Part shown: in pieces, positions 1 to 8,808 of the stretch
Layout of the letters: every line of letters begins with the position of its first letter
Numbering within the stretch: the first letter of the stretch is position 1
DNA from: a virus
Taxonomy: Duplodnaviria > Caudoviricetes
Strand: one strand, 5' to 3'
Length of the DNA: 36,537 bases
Virus record (IMG/VR): IMGVR_UViG_3300030095_002804
Location: 1-36,537 of that record
Program-made: the position numbers and the translations under genes
The notes under the pieces: model-generated
Database searches by the model: none
Told to the model about the DNA's origin: nothing
What the model saw: the letters and a program-made list of their open reading frames with translations, nothing else

Positions 1-3000
1 TTTACCATCTATTTTACCTAATGGATTTTCTTTAGTAATAAAAGACTTGTGTTTTGTTTCCGCGGATTTTACGGAGTTCTTACTCATACCCCAAGATCCA
101 GCAAACTCCCCAGTGAGCTTAGTAGTTTCAAGACCCATCTTATTTCTACCCAAATGTAAAAGACCTCTACCTAACCAAAGCATGTGAGATGATGGGTTAA
201 GTTTATATCTATACATATCTTCAATTAACTTTTCTGTAAAGTTACCCTTTGATCTAGCTTTATTGTACAAGCCAGATTTTAACGCTGATTCATAAGCCCA
301 ACTAGGTATAGGATTGGAATGCGTATCGAAGTTTTCTAAAAGTTTTTTATCCCTAGTTGATATACCTTTTGTTTTAGATAATTTAATATAATGTTTTCTT
401 ATATTTTTCCAGCCCTCTAAAGTTTCTTTCAATAGAGATTCTACTTGAGCTTTATCTCTAACTTTATTGAAGTTTAATGTTGTGACTGGTAAAACCTTTC
501 CGTTTTTTATATCTATCCCAGCAGTGAAACTACCTAATCTAGCGTTTGGCATTTTAACTTCTACATTAAATGTTTTTCCAAACAACTTAGCAGCGACATC
601 TGCCATATCACCCATCTCTGTTTGTTTTTCTATTATTAGATCTATTTTCTTTAAACTTTTAAATTGATCTATAATAAACTGCTCAAAACCAATACTACGT
701 TTACGACCAGCATCAATACCTTTTAATAGGTTTCTTATTTGTATATTACCCTCATGATTCCATATTTTGTCTTTTAAAAATAAATCTTCAAATATAAATT
801 TAGACTCAGAGTGTTCTACTAGTTCTTTGTATTTTTTATTTAACTCAACCTTATCCAAAGGTATCGCTTTACCGTCCTCTGATTTGAATTCATATACATT
901 GTGTACACCAACCTCAGCTATTTTGTTAACCAACTCCAACATACGTTTCAGTTGTTTAGCTCCAGCCTGAGTAAGTGCTTCACTGGCTTTTTGTTTCTCG
1001 TATTTTTTTCTTTGAACCTCTGTCATTATATCCTTAGAGAACTGTAGACCTTGGTTTTTGTTTATATTGTTTAAGAATCTTTCTATTAGAGCTCTAGACT
1101 CAACTTGGTTTGTTAAACCTTTAGAGTCTATAAAATCTTTAACAAAAGCTTTATCTCTTAATATTTCTGGAATAGCATCTGTAGTCATTGATGTTGATAA
1201 TTTTCTAATAACATTATCCCAATTATTCCATTTTGATCCAGATTTCGTTGACTTTTGTTTTTTACCAGGGACAGTTGCATTTACGTATTGATTCCATATA
1301 TTTATAGGTACATCTCTCCTTCGCCAAACGTTTGGGAACCCAGCTTTTATTTTTTTATCATACTCAATAAACTCTGGCATTTGTTTTCTACCATCTGATT
1401 CTGATACCGTTGAAAATGTATCCCAAAGTTTTTTCATTTCTGGTAACAAGTTTTCTCCAGTAGGATTGTATTCCGTTTTACCATGTATACCCATAAACTC
1501 CTCTATCTCTCTCGTACTACTCCACTTTGTTTTGGTTGGATGTTTTAATGCTTCAACAAATACCTGTCCTTGAGGCAACATCTTCTGCATGTCCTTCAGT
1601 TCAGATATTGGTATATTTTTTAATACAACATCCTTCATTGCTTCACCAACCATAACTTCTCTTGGTAGTAATTCAGCTAACTTAACAACGTGACTTAATT
1701 CTACTTTATCTTTTAATAATTTGTAAAACTGTTTTTGAGTTAAATCCATTGGAGAAACTTCTACGGTTTTCCCACTTTTATCTTTTTTAGTAAATTTAAG
1801 TAGCCGTAGATCTCTCATTACTTCAGTGATAACTCTATTTCTTTCAGCTCCATCTTCTATGCCAATCTTATTCCTAAGCTCAGATATCATTATTGTTTCT
1901 GCAACAATTTTTTTATTTTTATCTGCTAAACGTTTTTCTCTTTCTATACTTAATATATCTTGAGACTCAAATTTATCATAATTAGTTAGATCTTCTATTT
2001 CATATTGCTTACCATCCTCTGTTGTTAATGATTTTGTTTTACCCTGTGGAGCTATTTGATCCATTATTTTAGGGTATCTAAACTTTATAGTTTCTATTAA
2101 GTAAGCACCTATTGGAACTCCCATGGCTGGATTATAAGTCCTAGCTAAGTTTTCTAACTCCCCTTTAAATTTCTCAAAAAATTGTTGTCTTACCTCAGGT
2201 GGTGTATAACCTCCGGCTTGTCTACCTTTACCACCATAACTAGGGTGATCTGCCATTAAGTGAGCTATATTTATATTATCTTCAACCATCTTAAATCTTA
2301 ACCCAGATGTTTCGTCTAAAAACTCCTTTTGTTTAGCTTTATTTTCTGGCAGTTCACTTGTTAATATTTCTTTCCAGTTTTTTCCAAGTTTGCTTTTAGC
2401 TTGCTGTATTAATCTACTATTAGTATCAATATTCTTTTGTATTATAACTTCTGATCCCGCTTTTAATCTAGAAACTCTACTAGCATAATCTACAGATCCA
2501 GTGCTAGTTGTTTTACCAGGAGTAAAACCTTTTCCCCTACCTAGTTGTAAAACGTTTTCAGTTAATCCCTTTGTGGCTATCCACTCAATAAACTTTAACA
2601 TATCTGTACCAGCCTTTTTACTATCAGCTTGATTTATGTCAAATTTATACATACCTGGATTAAACTTTTTTAATAAGGGATATAGAGCTTTACCCACACG
2701 TTGACCTAATTGTATCGATGGTTTTATTTTCTTTTCTTTTATTAACTGTGCTAATATAGTGGCATACTCTTCGTAATATGTTTCTTTTTTATTTTCAACC
2801 TTCTTACCATCTTTCATTTCAAATATAACCTTACCATCTGGCATCACTTCCTTGACGTTATACTTGTAGTTTAAATCTATTCTCTTCTGTATCATTTTAA
2901 ATGCTTCACCCTGTTTACCACCTGGCAATTGTTGCATCATGTAATCTATAGTAGACATCCCAGCTTTAGACATAACTCTCTCTCCTTTAGAGTTAGTTGT

Positions 3001-6000
3001 CTTAAGGTGATTAAATAATAACATGTGAGTTACCTCGTGCAATCCCTCGGTTAAAGATTTATTACTTAATGCTTGTTCTCCATCTATGAATATCCTTTTT
3101 CCATCTCTAGATATATAAGCATTCATACCAAGCTCCCATTGGCCACCATCTTTTTCAACTTGAGCCTTAAAATTATCTGTTGACTCTATGTTTTCGTAGC
3201 CCTTACCCTCAGCCTCTATTACTTCTTTTAAATAATTATTATAATCTTTGAGTCTTTGTTTAAAATTAGCGTTATGCTTTTTGTGTGTTTTGTCTATTTC
3301 TATTGTTAACTCTTCAATTCTCTCTTTTGTTTTCTTTATCTCAAGTTCGATCATTGATTTTTGAGCTGGTGATTCTTTCAACTTACCCTTTAACATCACT
3401 AACTGTAGTTCCTTTTGAGCTAAGCTAAATCTATCAGCCATAAAATCATCGTATGATTTACCATCTAGCTTGTATAGACCCTCATTTATTCTTCTAGAGT
3501 CTTTTACTGTATTATAGAGATACACATAGTGTGCTTCTGTTGGTGTACCTGTTATACCTTTTTGTAATAAAAATCCTTCAAAATCACCACTAGTCATTTT
3601 AGATATTCTATCTAATTGTGCAGGTGTCTTCTCTACTGATAACATGTCTGAGGCTATTAAATAAGAGTCTTTTAAATATTCAGCATACTTCTCAGAGCTC
3701 TTAATGCTCTTTTTCATTGCTATAACGTCATTACGAAAACGTAATCTCTTAGCGGCATTATTAAACTTTTGTATTTTTTCTTTAGACAATCTAATACTTT
3801 CTTTAGCAGCTTCTATTTTTGTTAAATTTTCGCTTAACTTATCAGCAAGTTTTTCTCTCTGTTTTTTGGTATTACTTTTGTTTGTTTTTAAATTCTTGTT
3901 TTGTTTTTCAAGCTTTGATAACTCTTTTGTATTCTTATCAATCTTTCTTTTTTCTTTTTGAACTTCATTTTTTCTACGTCTAGTAATCTCTTTTCCATCC
4001 CACGATAGATCCTTCGCTCTATCTTTTTCTGTAAAATTAAACAACTCAGCGTCAGCTTTTGTGTTAACATCTTCAAACTTCGTTCTAGCAACTTCATGGT
4101 TCCATCTACTCTTAACACCTGGTAAAACTTTTGGCATACCGATAAATGCCATACCCATTGTGGTCGCCACTAAATGATCTAGATTTGTAAATGATAACCA
4201 CTCTTCTTTTCTTTGCTCTTGATCTTCTGGGCTAAGATCTTTCCACGGCATCCAACCTCTTTTAAGATCGTTTCTAACTTGCTCCACAGCACTAGCTGAT
4301 GTTAATAATAAGGTTGCTGTACCACCTTGAGATAAAGCTGTACCAGCGGTCTTAGCACCAGTTCTAAGTGCCGCACCAGGTTTACCGGTCATTTGAGCCA
4401 ACTTGTCCATTGTTCTATTAAACACAGGTCCATGTACCCAACCCTTTTCAACCAATGGTCTCATAAACTTCTCGTGAGCCCACTTACTACCAATACCAAG
4501 TAAACCACCAGATGCTCCCATAGCCATTGGGAATATAAAATTAGTTTTAATCTCTCCAGTTTCCTTATCTACATGAAAAGTGTGAGCATCATACAAACCA
4601 CTGCCATCAGCTAATAAAACCTCACCACCAAACTCAGCAGCACTCCATTCACCTGTTGTAACCAGTGCTGGCATCATTATTTTTTGTACAAGATTTTTAT
4701 ACATTACACTGTTGCTTCTACCAGAAACTTTTCTCACGAATGCCTGAACCCTAGGTCTTAATAATGTTTTATTTAAACCACCACCAACTACTTTTTGTAA
4801 CTTTGATAATCCGCCTAGTTTCTTAAATACAGCTATTTCAGCTAACAATGGAGCTAGTGATGTCACCGTGTTAGTTGCTAGATTAGCGTTTCTTCTTAAT
4901 CCAGCCATACCACTATCACCTCTACCGTTCCAAGATGTGTTATGTATAATATCTACACCATATCCAGCGGATTTAAATATACTCTCCGTTACGTCAGCTA
5001 ATTCACTCTTGCTATGTTCAGGGCCTATCATTTCTTCACCCGTGAACGCTCTACTTAATCCGTTTAAAGCTGTGTGGTGCCAATCTTCAATATCAGCCTC
5101 CATTGAGTTTATGTTTAAGTCAGCTGCTTTTGATAACGCTTTAAATTCAACTAAAGCATTATTAAAGTTTTCAGCAATTCTAGAACCACCAGGTAACGTA
5201 GTTAGAGCGTCTCTATCTTTCATGTATTCAGCATGCTGATTAGGTGTAATATCATAAAACATAGTTGCTGTTAAGTGGTTATCTGGATTAACCCCACCTA
5301 GGCCAAATATACTGTTTGTCCCGTTTTCACCCCACGCTCTTTCAAGTTGAGATCTATCGTTGTCAAAACTATCTCTATCTTTATCAAGTACAGCTCCAAT
5401 GTGTTGCCACCACTTCATATTATTTTCAACCTCATCTATATTTTCATGAGCTAATTTAGACCAGTATATTAATCTATAATAAGACTTGAGTTGTTCGTTG
5501 TCTATCCACTCCTTACCATTAGAAGCTAGTTCTTCAATATGTTCTTCGTCATCAGACTTATCAGCTCTTCTTCTATTACCAGTTGCTACACCGTCTTTAT
5601 CTACCTGCATCATCCACTGGGTATCCTCCCCAGCTGTCTCCGGATCTAAAACCCACTGCTGCCAAGTCTTCTTAAACTCCAATGTATCGGGATCATACAT
5701 GTGTTCAATGTTGTTTTCCCTTATTATTTCTTTTCTTTTTTCTTCTAATTCTGCTATTTTTTGTTTAGCACCCTCACTATCTATATCAACTATTTCTTTA
5801 TCTACCCTCAATAAAGCACCACCATCTTTCTCTGGCTCGTATACGGGTGTTTCAACTAAAGTCTTACCGCTCTTTAATCTTTCTATCTCATAACGTATCT
5901 TCTTTAATTCCTTAGACTCTTCATCATGGTATTCAATATTGTTTTTTCTAACATATTCTAATGTTTTTTTATTTTTGTATTTTTTCTGCTCCTCTTCATT

Positions 6001-7185
6001 TAACCCTTTTAGCTCAGAAGAACTAATTATACCTTCATTTATCAGTCTATCACTTTCCAGATTTTCTGTGTCAGTATAACCTTGGTTGTTAACGATGTTA
6101 GCTATATCTTTCCTGTGTGTCCACAAGTGGTTATAGCTCCACTCTCTACCTCCTAGCATTATTGTACCTGAAGGATCTATAGTTCTTTTGAATGCTCTAG
6201 CCTGTGGGTCATATGAAATTCTATCTGTAGGGGTTATGCCCTGTGAGCGATCCAAGACATCGAAAAACTGTTGCATACCTTTTGCCGTAGAAGCATAGTT
6301 TACTTCAGCAGAATTACCTATAATGTTATATAACTCCTTATCAACACTGTTAGAGAAATCCTTATTGGTTTGCTTATCAATATAATTAATCATATCTTGC
6401 ATAACCTCCTTGTTAGCATCTGCTACAGTAAGTATCCCAAGGTTAGTCATGTTGTTAGCTGTAGCTTTAGGGTTTACTAAGTTGTTACCCCAGTGAGCAT
6501 CCAAGCTAAATACATCCGACCTATTATAACTTTCGCTATCGTGATCACCAATTAATATTCTAACAGCGTCGTTACCAGCTGAAGCTTCAACGAATTTAAC
6601 TGGTTGATCTTTATAGTGTTCATTCATAGCTTCAACAAAATTACCTTCCCTTGTTAAGCTCCATTTACCACCAGTGCTATCAGCCATGTCATCAACGCTC
6701 ATGTGTTCAAACTTACTTCCATCTGGATTATTTTTTAGTTCAAAGTTGTAAGTGTCAACATTGTTGTTTTTATAATTCTCATGTACTCTTATAGCACCAG
6801 GATGTGAATCGACAAATTTAGAAGCAAACATACGATGTGTTTTATGTTTCTTACCGCCGTGGTGGTAATAGTAGTATTCACCGTGAAGTTTACCTTCTTT
6901 GTCGTTATCTTTTTGAGATTCCGATGAAGTAGTTTCCGAATTGGATTCCGTATTTTCTTGTTGATTGTTTTGAGACTGGTCCGTCTCTTGATTCGATGCA
7001 TTCGAAGTTTGCTCCACAGTCGCATCTCCCAGTAGAGCTGTTTGATTTCCCGAAGTTTCTTTATCAGGTTCTTCTTTAGAAGTCTTTTCAACTTTCTTTC
7101 CTTTCATTGCTTCGAGAAAAGCTTTTTCATTTGTTTGGTCAACCATCATTGGTTTACCGTCTACTATATATTTTATTTTTGCCAT
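1..7185 (-). CDS. Giant putative virion ejection/cargo polyprotein (>=2395 aa, 3' end outside window) with zincin, sigma-region-2-like and PD-(D/E)xK-like domains
   Basis: ATG at 7185-7183 gives MAKIKYIVDGKPMMVDQTNEKAF... Every segment I translated by hand in this frame was stop-free. The ORF track lists no closed ORF in this frame, which is expected if it runs off base 1. Motifs: HEVTH (3025-3039), YYEEYA (2761-2778), LARTYNPAMGVPIGAYL (2098-2148), AD...VEVK (553-603). It is third in a row of cargo-type genes after the tail genes. Confidence 0.85.
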   Translation of the reverse strand, partial: MAKIKYIVDGKPMMVDQTNEKAFLEAMKGKKVEKTSKEEPDKETSGNQTALLGDATVEQTSNASNQETDQSQNNQQENTESNSETTSSESQKDNDKEGKLHGEYYYYHHGGKKHKTHRMFASKFVDSHPGAIRVHENYKNNNVDTYNFELKNNPDGSKFEHMSVDDMADSTGGKWSLTREGNFVEAMNEHYKDQPVKFVEASAGNDAVRILIGDHDSESYNRSDVFSLDAHWGNNLVNPKATANNMTNLGILTVADANKEVMQDMINYIDKQTNKDFSNSVDKELYNIIGNSAEVNYASTAKGMQQFFDVLDRSQGITPTDRISYDPQARAFKRTIDPSGTIMLGGREWSYNHLWTHRKDIANIVNNQGYTDTENLESDRLINEGIISSSELKGLNEEEQKKYKNKKTLEYVRKNNIEYHDEESKELKKIRYEIERLKSGKTLVETPVYEPEKDGGALLRVDKEIVDIDSEGAKQKIAELEEKRKEIIRENNIEHMYDPDTLEFKKTWQQWVLDPETAGEDTQWMMQVDKDGVATGNRRRADKSDDEEHIEELASNGKEWIDNEQLKSYYRLIYWSKLAHENIDEVENNMKWWQHIGAVLDKDRDSFDNDRSQLERAWGENGTNSIFGLGGVNPDNHLTATMFYDITPNQHAEYMKDRDALTTLPGGSRIAENFNNALVEFKALSKAADLNINSMEADIEDWHHTALNGLSRAFTGEEMIGPEHSKSELADVTESIFKSAGYGVDIIHNTSWNGRGDSGMAGLRRNANLATNTVTSLAPLLAEIAVFKKLGGLSKLQKVVGGGLNKTLLRPRVQAFVRKVSGRSNSVMYKNLVQKIMMPALVTTGEWSAAEFGGEVLLADGSGLYDAHTFHVDKETGEIKTNFIFPMAMGASGGLLGIGSKWAHEKFMRPLVEKGWVHGPVFNRTMDKLAQMTGKPGAALRTGAKTAGTALSQGGTATLLLTSASAVEQVRNDLKRGWMPWKDLSPEDQEQRKEEWLSFTNLDHLVATTMGMAFIGMPKVLPGVKSRWNHEVARTKFEDVNTKADAELFNFTEKDRAKDLSWDGKEITRRRKNEVQKEKRKIDKNTKELSKLEKQNKNLKTNKSNTKKQREKLADKLSENLTKIEAAKESIRLSKEKIQKFNNAAKRLRFRNDVIAMKKSIKSSEKYAEYLKDSYLIASDMLSVEKTPAQLDRISKMTSGDFEGFLLQKGITGTPTEAHYVYLYNTVKDSRRINEGLYKLDGKSYDDFMADRFSLAQKELQLVMLKGKLKESPAQKSMIELEIKKTKERIEELTIEIDKTHKKHNANFKQRLKDYNNYLKEVIEAEGKGYENIESTDNFKAQVEKDGGQWELGMNAYISRDGKRIFIDGEQALSNKSLTEGLHEVTHMLLFNHLKTTNSKGERVMSKAGMSTIDYMMQQLPGGKQGEAFKMIQKRIDLNYKYNVKEVMPDGKVIFEMKDGKKVENKKETYYEEYATILAQLIKEKKIKPSIQLGQRVGKALYPLLKKFNPGMYKFDINQADSKKAGTDMLKFIEWIATKGLTENVLQLGRGKGFTPGKTTSTGSVDYASRVSRLKAGSEVIIQKNIDTNSRLIQQAKSKLGKNWKEILTSELPENKAKQKEFLDETSGLRFKMVEDNINIAHLMADHPSYGGKGRQAGGYTPPEVRQQFFEKFKGELENLARTYNPAMGVPIGAYLIETIKFRYPKIMDQIAPQGKTKSLTTEDGKQYEIEDLTNYDKFESQDILSIEREKRLADKNKKIVAETIMISELRNKIGIEDGAERNRVITEVMRDLRLLKFTKKDKSGKTVEVSPMDLTQKQFYKLLKDKVELSHVVKLAELLPREVMVGEAMKDVVLKNIPISELKDMQKMLPQGQVFVEALKHPTKTKWSSTREIEEFMGIHGKTEYNPTGENLLPEMKKLWDTFSTVSESDGRKQMPEFIEYDKKIKAGFPNVWRRRDVPINIWNQYVNATVPGKKQKSTKSGSKWNNWDNVIRKLSTSMTTDAIPEILRDKAFVKDFIDSKGLTNQVESRALIERFLNNINKNQGLQFSKDIMTEVQRKKYEKQKASEALTQAGAKQLKRMLELVNKIAEVGVHNVYEFKSEDGKAIPLDKVELNKKYKELVEHSESKFIFEDLFLKDKIWNHEGNIQIRNLLKGIDAGRKRSIGFEQFIIDQFKSLKKIDLIIEKQTEMGDMADVAAKLFGKTFNVEVKMPNARLGSFTAGIDIKNGKVLPVTTLNFNKVRDKAQVESLLKETLEGWKNIRKHYIKLSKTKGISTRDKKLLENFDTHSNPIPSWAYESALKSGLYNKARSKGNFTEKLIEDMYRYKLNPSSHMLWLGRGLLHLGRNKMGLETTKLTGEFAGSWGMSKNSVKSAETKHKSFITKENPLGKIDGK
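6905..7051 (-). other. Putative programmed -1 ribosomal frameshift cassette and transframe ORF (about 93-aa product)
   Basis: In-frame G_GGA_AAU at 7051-7045, then spacer CAAACA. Stem 1 is GCUCUAC/GUGGAGC and stem 2 is GAUGCG/UGCAUC. The -1 frame is open for 46 codons to TAA at 6907-6905. Confidence 0.6.
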
Positions 7186-7220
7186 ACTGTATCGTTAGTT
7201 ACCCGTTATTAATATTTATT

Positions 7221-8798
7221 TTAAAACCCTGCTAGTATGCTTTTTTGCCCAGCAAAATCTTTACCCGGACTTGATGAAGGTTGACTTAAGTCAACACCGC
7301 CTTCTTGAACACTAGGGATCCACTCTTCTATATCTTTACCATCTCCATTTTCATCGACGGCACTTGGTTTTGTTGCGGCGGTGGTACCACCAGCATCAGG
7401 ATATTTAGCATTTAATTTTTCTATAGAAACAGCATATTTTGAATCATCATTTATGTTAATCCAATTTCCATCACTATTTTTATTTTTAGTATACCACTTT
7501 CCATCCACAACTTTGTAGTCATACATTGAATCATGGTCTGTTATAACACCATCTTCTGGCTCACCACCACCACCTTGTTGAGGGGGTTGTTTGTCATTGC
7601 CTTTTCTATTTTTTGCAGCCTGTATCCAATTTTGCTCCGCGTAATTAGTGAAATAAGTTGTTAAATATTTTTTAGTTAATCTTTCGTTTTTAAGCAAGTT
7701 ATCCGCTATAACCATAGCGTCTTCAGGTGTAACAGGTGTATCAGGTGTTGGATCAAATCTTTTAACCTTTCTATTTTTAATACCTAAACTTTCATAAGTG
7801 TTATTAGATAGCATTTCAACTAAATCATCTTTAAATATTCTACCCGGTATATGTTCTTGAGTTGTTAGTGAAGCTACGTTACCTTTGTTAACTATATTTT
7901 TATATTTTCTTTCTTCAAAATCATAATTAAAAACTCCATTTTCACCAGGCATTACGCTCTGTGATTCCTGCATTGAATTATCCACAGCTGTAGTTATAAC
8001 ATCATTAGATACTTGGTCATAACTATTCTCATCTATATCTTTATTCACTTGATCTAAAGATTTCCACTGACCTTTATATGCTTGACTGTTACCTAAAGTA
8101 GCAGCTGATGTGTGTGTTTTACCATCTAAATCATCTTGTTGATATGGGTGATACTCAGTTACAACGCCGTCATCACTATCACTTCTACTTCCAGCCCAAA
8201 GAAAGTTTGTCCATTTGTCAAAGTCCATTCCATGTTGCTCAATATTCATGTCTCTGTTTTTCTTAAAGCAATCACCAAATGTTCCGTCACATGGTTTTTT
8301 CTTATTAACATAAACACCCTTCTGTCCATCACCATTTGTTTCAACACCATTCTCTAGTTCATCTATAACTTCTGTTCCTTCTCCATTAACATAGTTATCG
8401 TTTATTCCCTTACCGTTCTTCTTCGTTTTTTTAGCTATATTCTGTTTAACGTTGTCTAACTTCAGTTGCTCCTGCTCTTCTACTTCCAGCTCTCTCATTA
8501 ACATCTGCCTGTCTTTTTTACCTAACCAAACAAATCTCCTACGCCTTCTATTTAAATCCTTTTCTAAATTCTTATAATCAGCATCAGACAGAGTTCCAGG
8601 TTGTCTAGCTAGTTCATGGTCAGCAAACTTTTCAAATCTATCTCTACGTTCTTTTAAAACAGGTGTTAATTGATCTGTAGTATCCTTAGCTATATCAGTT
8701 AAACCTTTAGCCGCAGCTAGACCATAGTTTTCTATATTGCCACCTGCTGCCGCGTAGGCTCCTGATGTTAATGTTGAATCTGCTTGTGTACTTGCCAT
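7221..8798 (-). CDS. Putative ejection/cargo protein 2 (525 aa)
   Basis: Long ORF with an Ala/Gly-rich N-terminus and helical charged segments. It lies between the pilot-like gene and the giant gene. Function is inferred from synteny only. Confidence 0.55.
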   Translation of the reverse strand: MASTQADSTLTSGAYAAAGGNIENYGLAAAKGLTDIAKDTTDQLTPVLKERRDRFEKFADHELARQPGTLSDADYKNLEKDLNRRRRRFVWLGKKDRQMLMRELEVEEQEQLKLDNVKQNIAKKTKKNGKGINDNYVNGEGTEVIDELENGVETNGDGQKGVYVNKKKPCDGTFGDCFKKNRDMNIEQHGMDFDKWTNFLWAGSRSDSDDGVVTEYHPYQQDDLDGKTHTSAATLGNSQAYKGQWKSLDQVNKDIDENSYDQVSNDVITTAVDNSMQESQSVMPGENGVFNYDFEERKYKNIVNKGNVASLTTQEHIPGRIFKDDLVEMLSNNTYESLGIKNRKVKRFDPTPDTPVTPEDAMVIADNLLKNERLTKKYLTTYFTNYAEQNWIQAAKNRKGNDKQPPQQGGGGEPEDGVITDHDSMYDYKVVDGKWYTKNKNSDGNWININDDSKYAVSIEKLNAKYPDAGGTTAATKPSAVDENGDGKDIEEWIPSVQEGGVDLSQPSSSPGKDFAGQKSILAGF

Positions 8799-8808
8799 AT
8801 TATATTAT

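Noticed and set aside
6789-7091. 100-aa minus-strand ORF overlapping the start of the giant gene
   Set aside because: This is the +1 frame, with a TTG start and Lys/Arg/Ile-rich shadow composition. The slippery site leads into the -1 frame, not this one.
7186-7267. Ribosomal bypass or readthrough fusing the 525-aa gene to the giant gene via the matched GGT AA repeats
   Set aside because: The frame of the giant gene has TAA at 7197-7195, between the second repeat and the ATG, so no fusion is possible.
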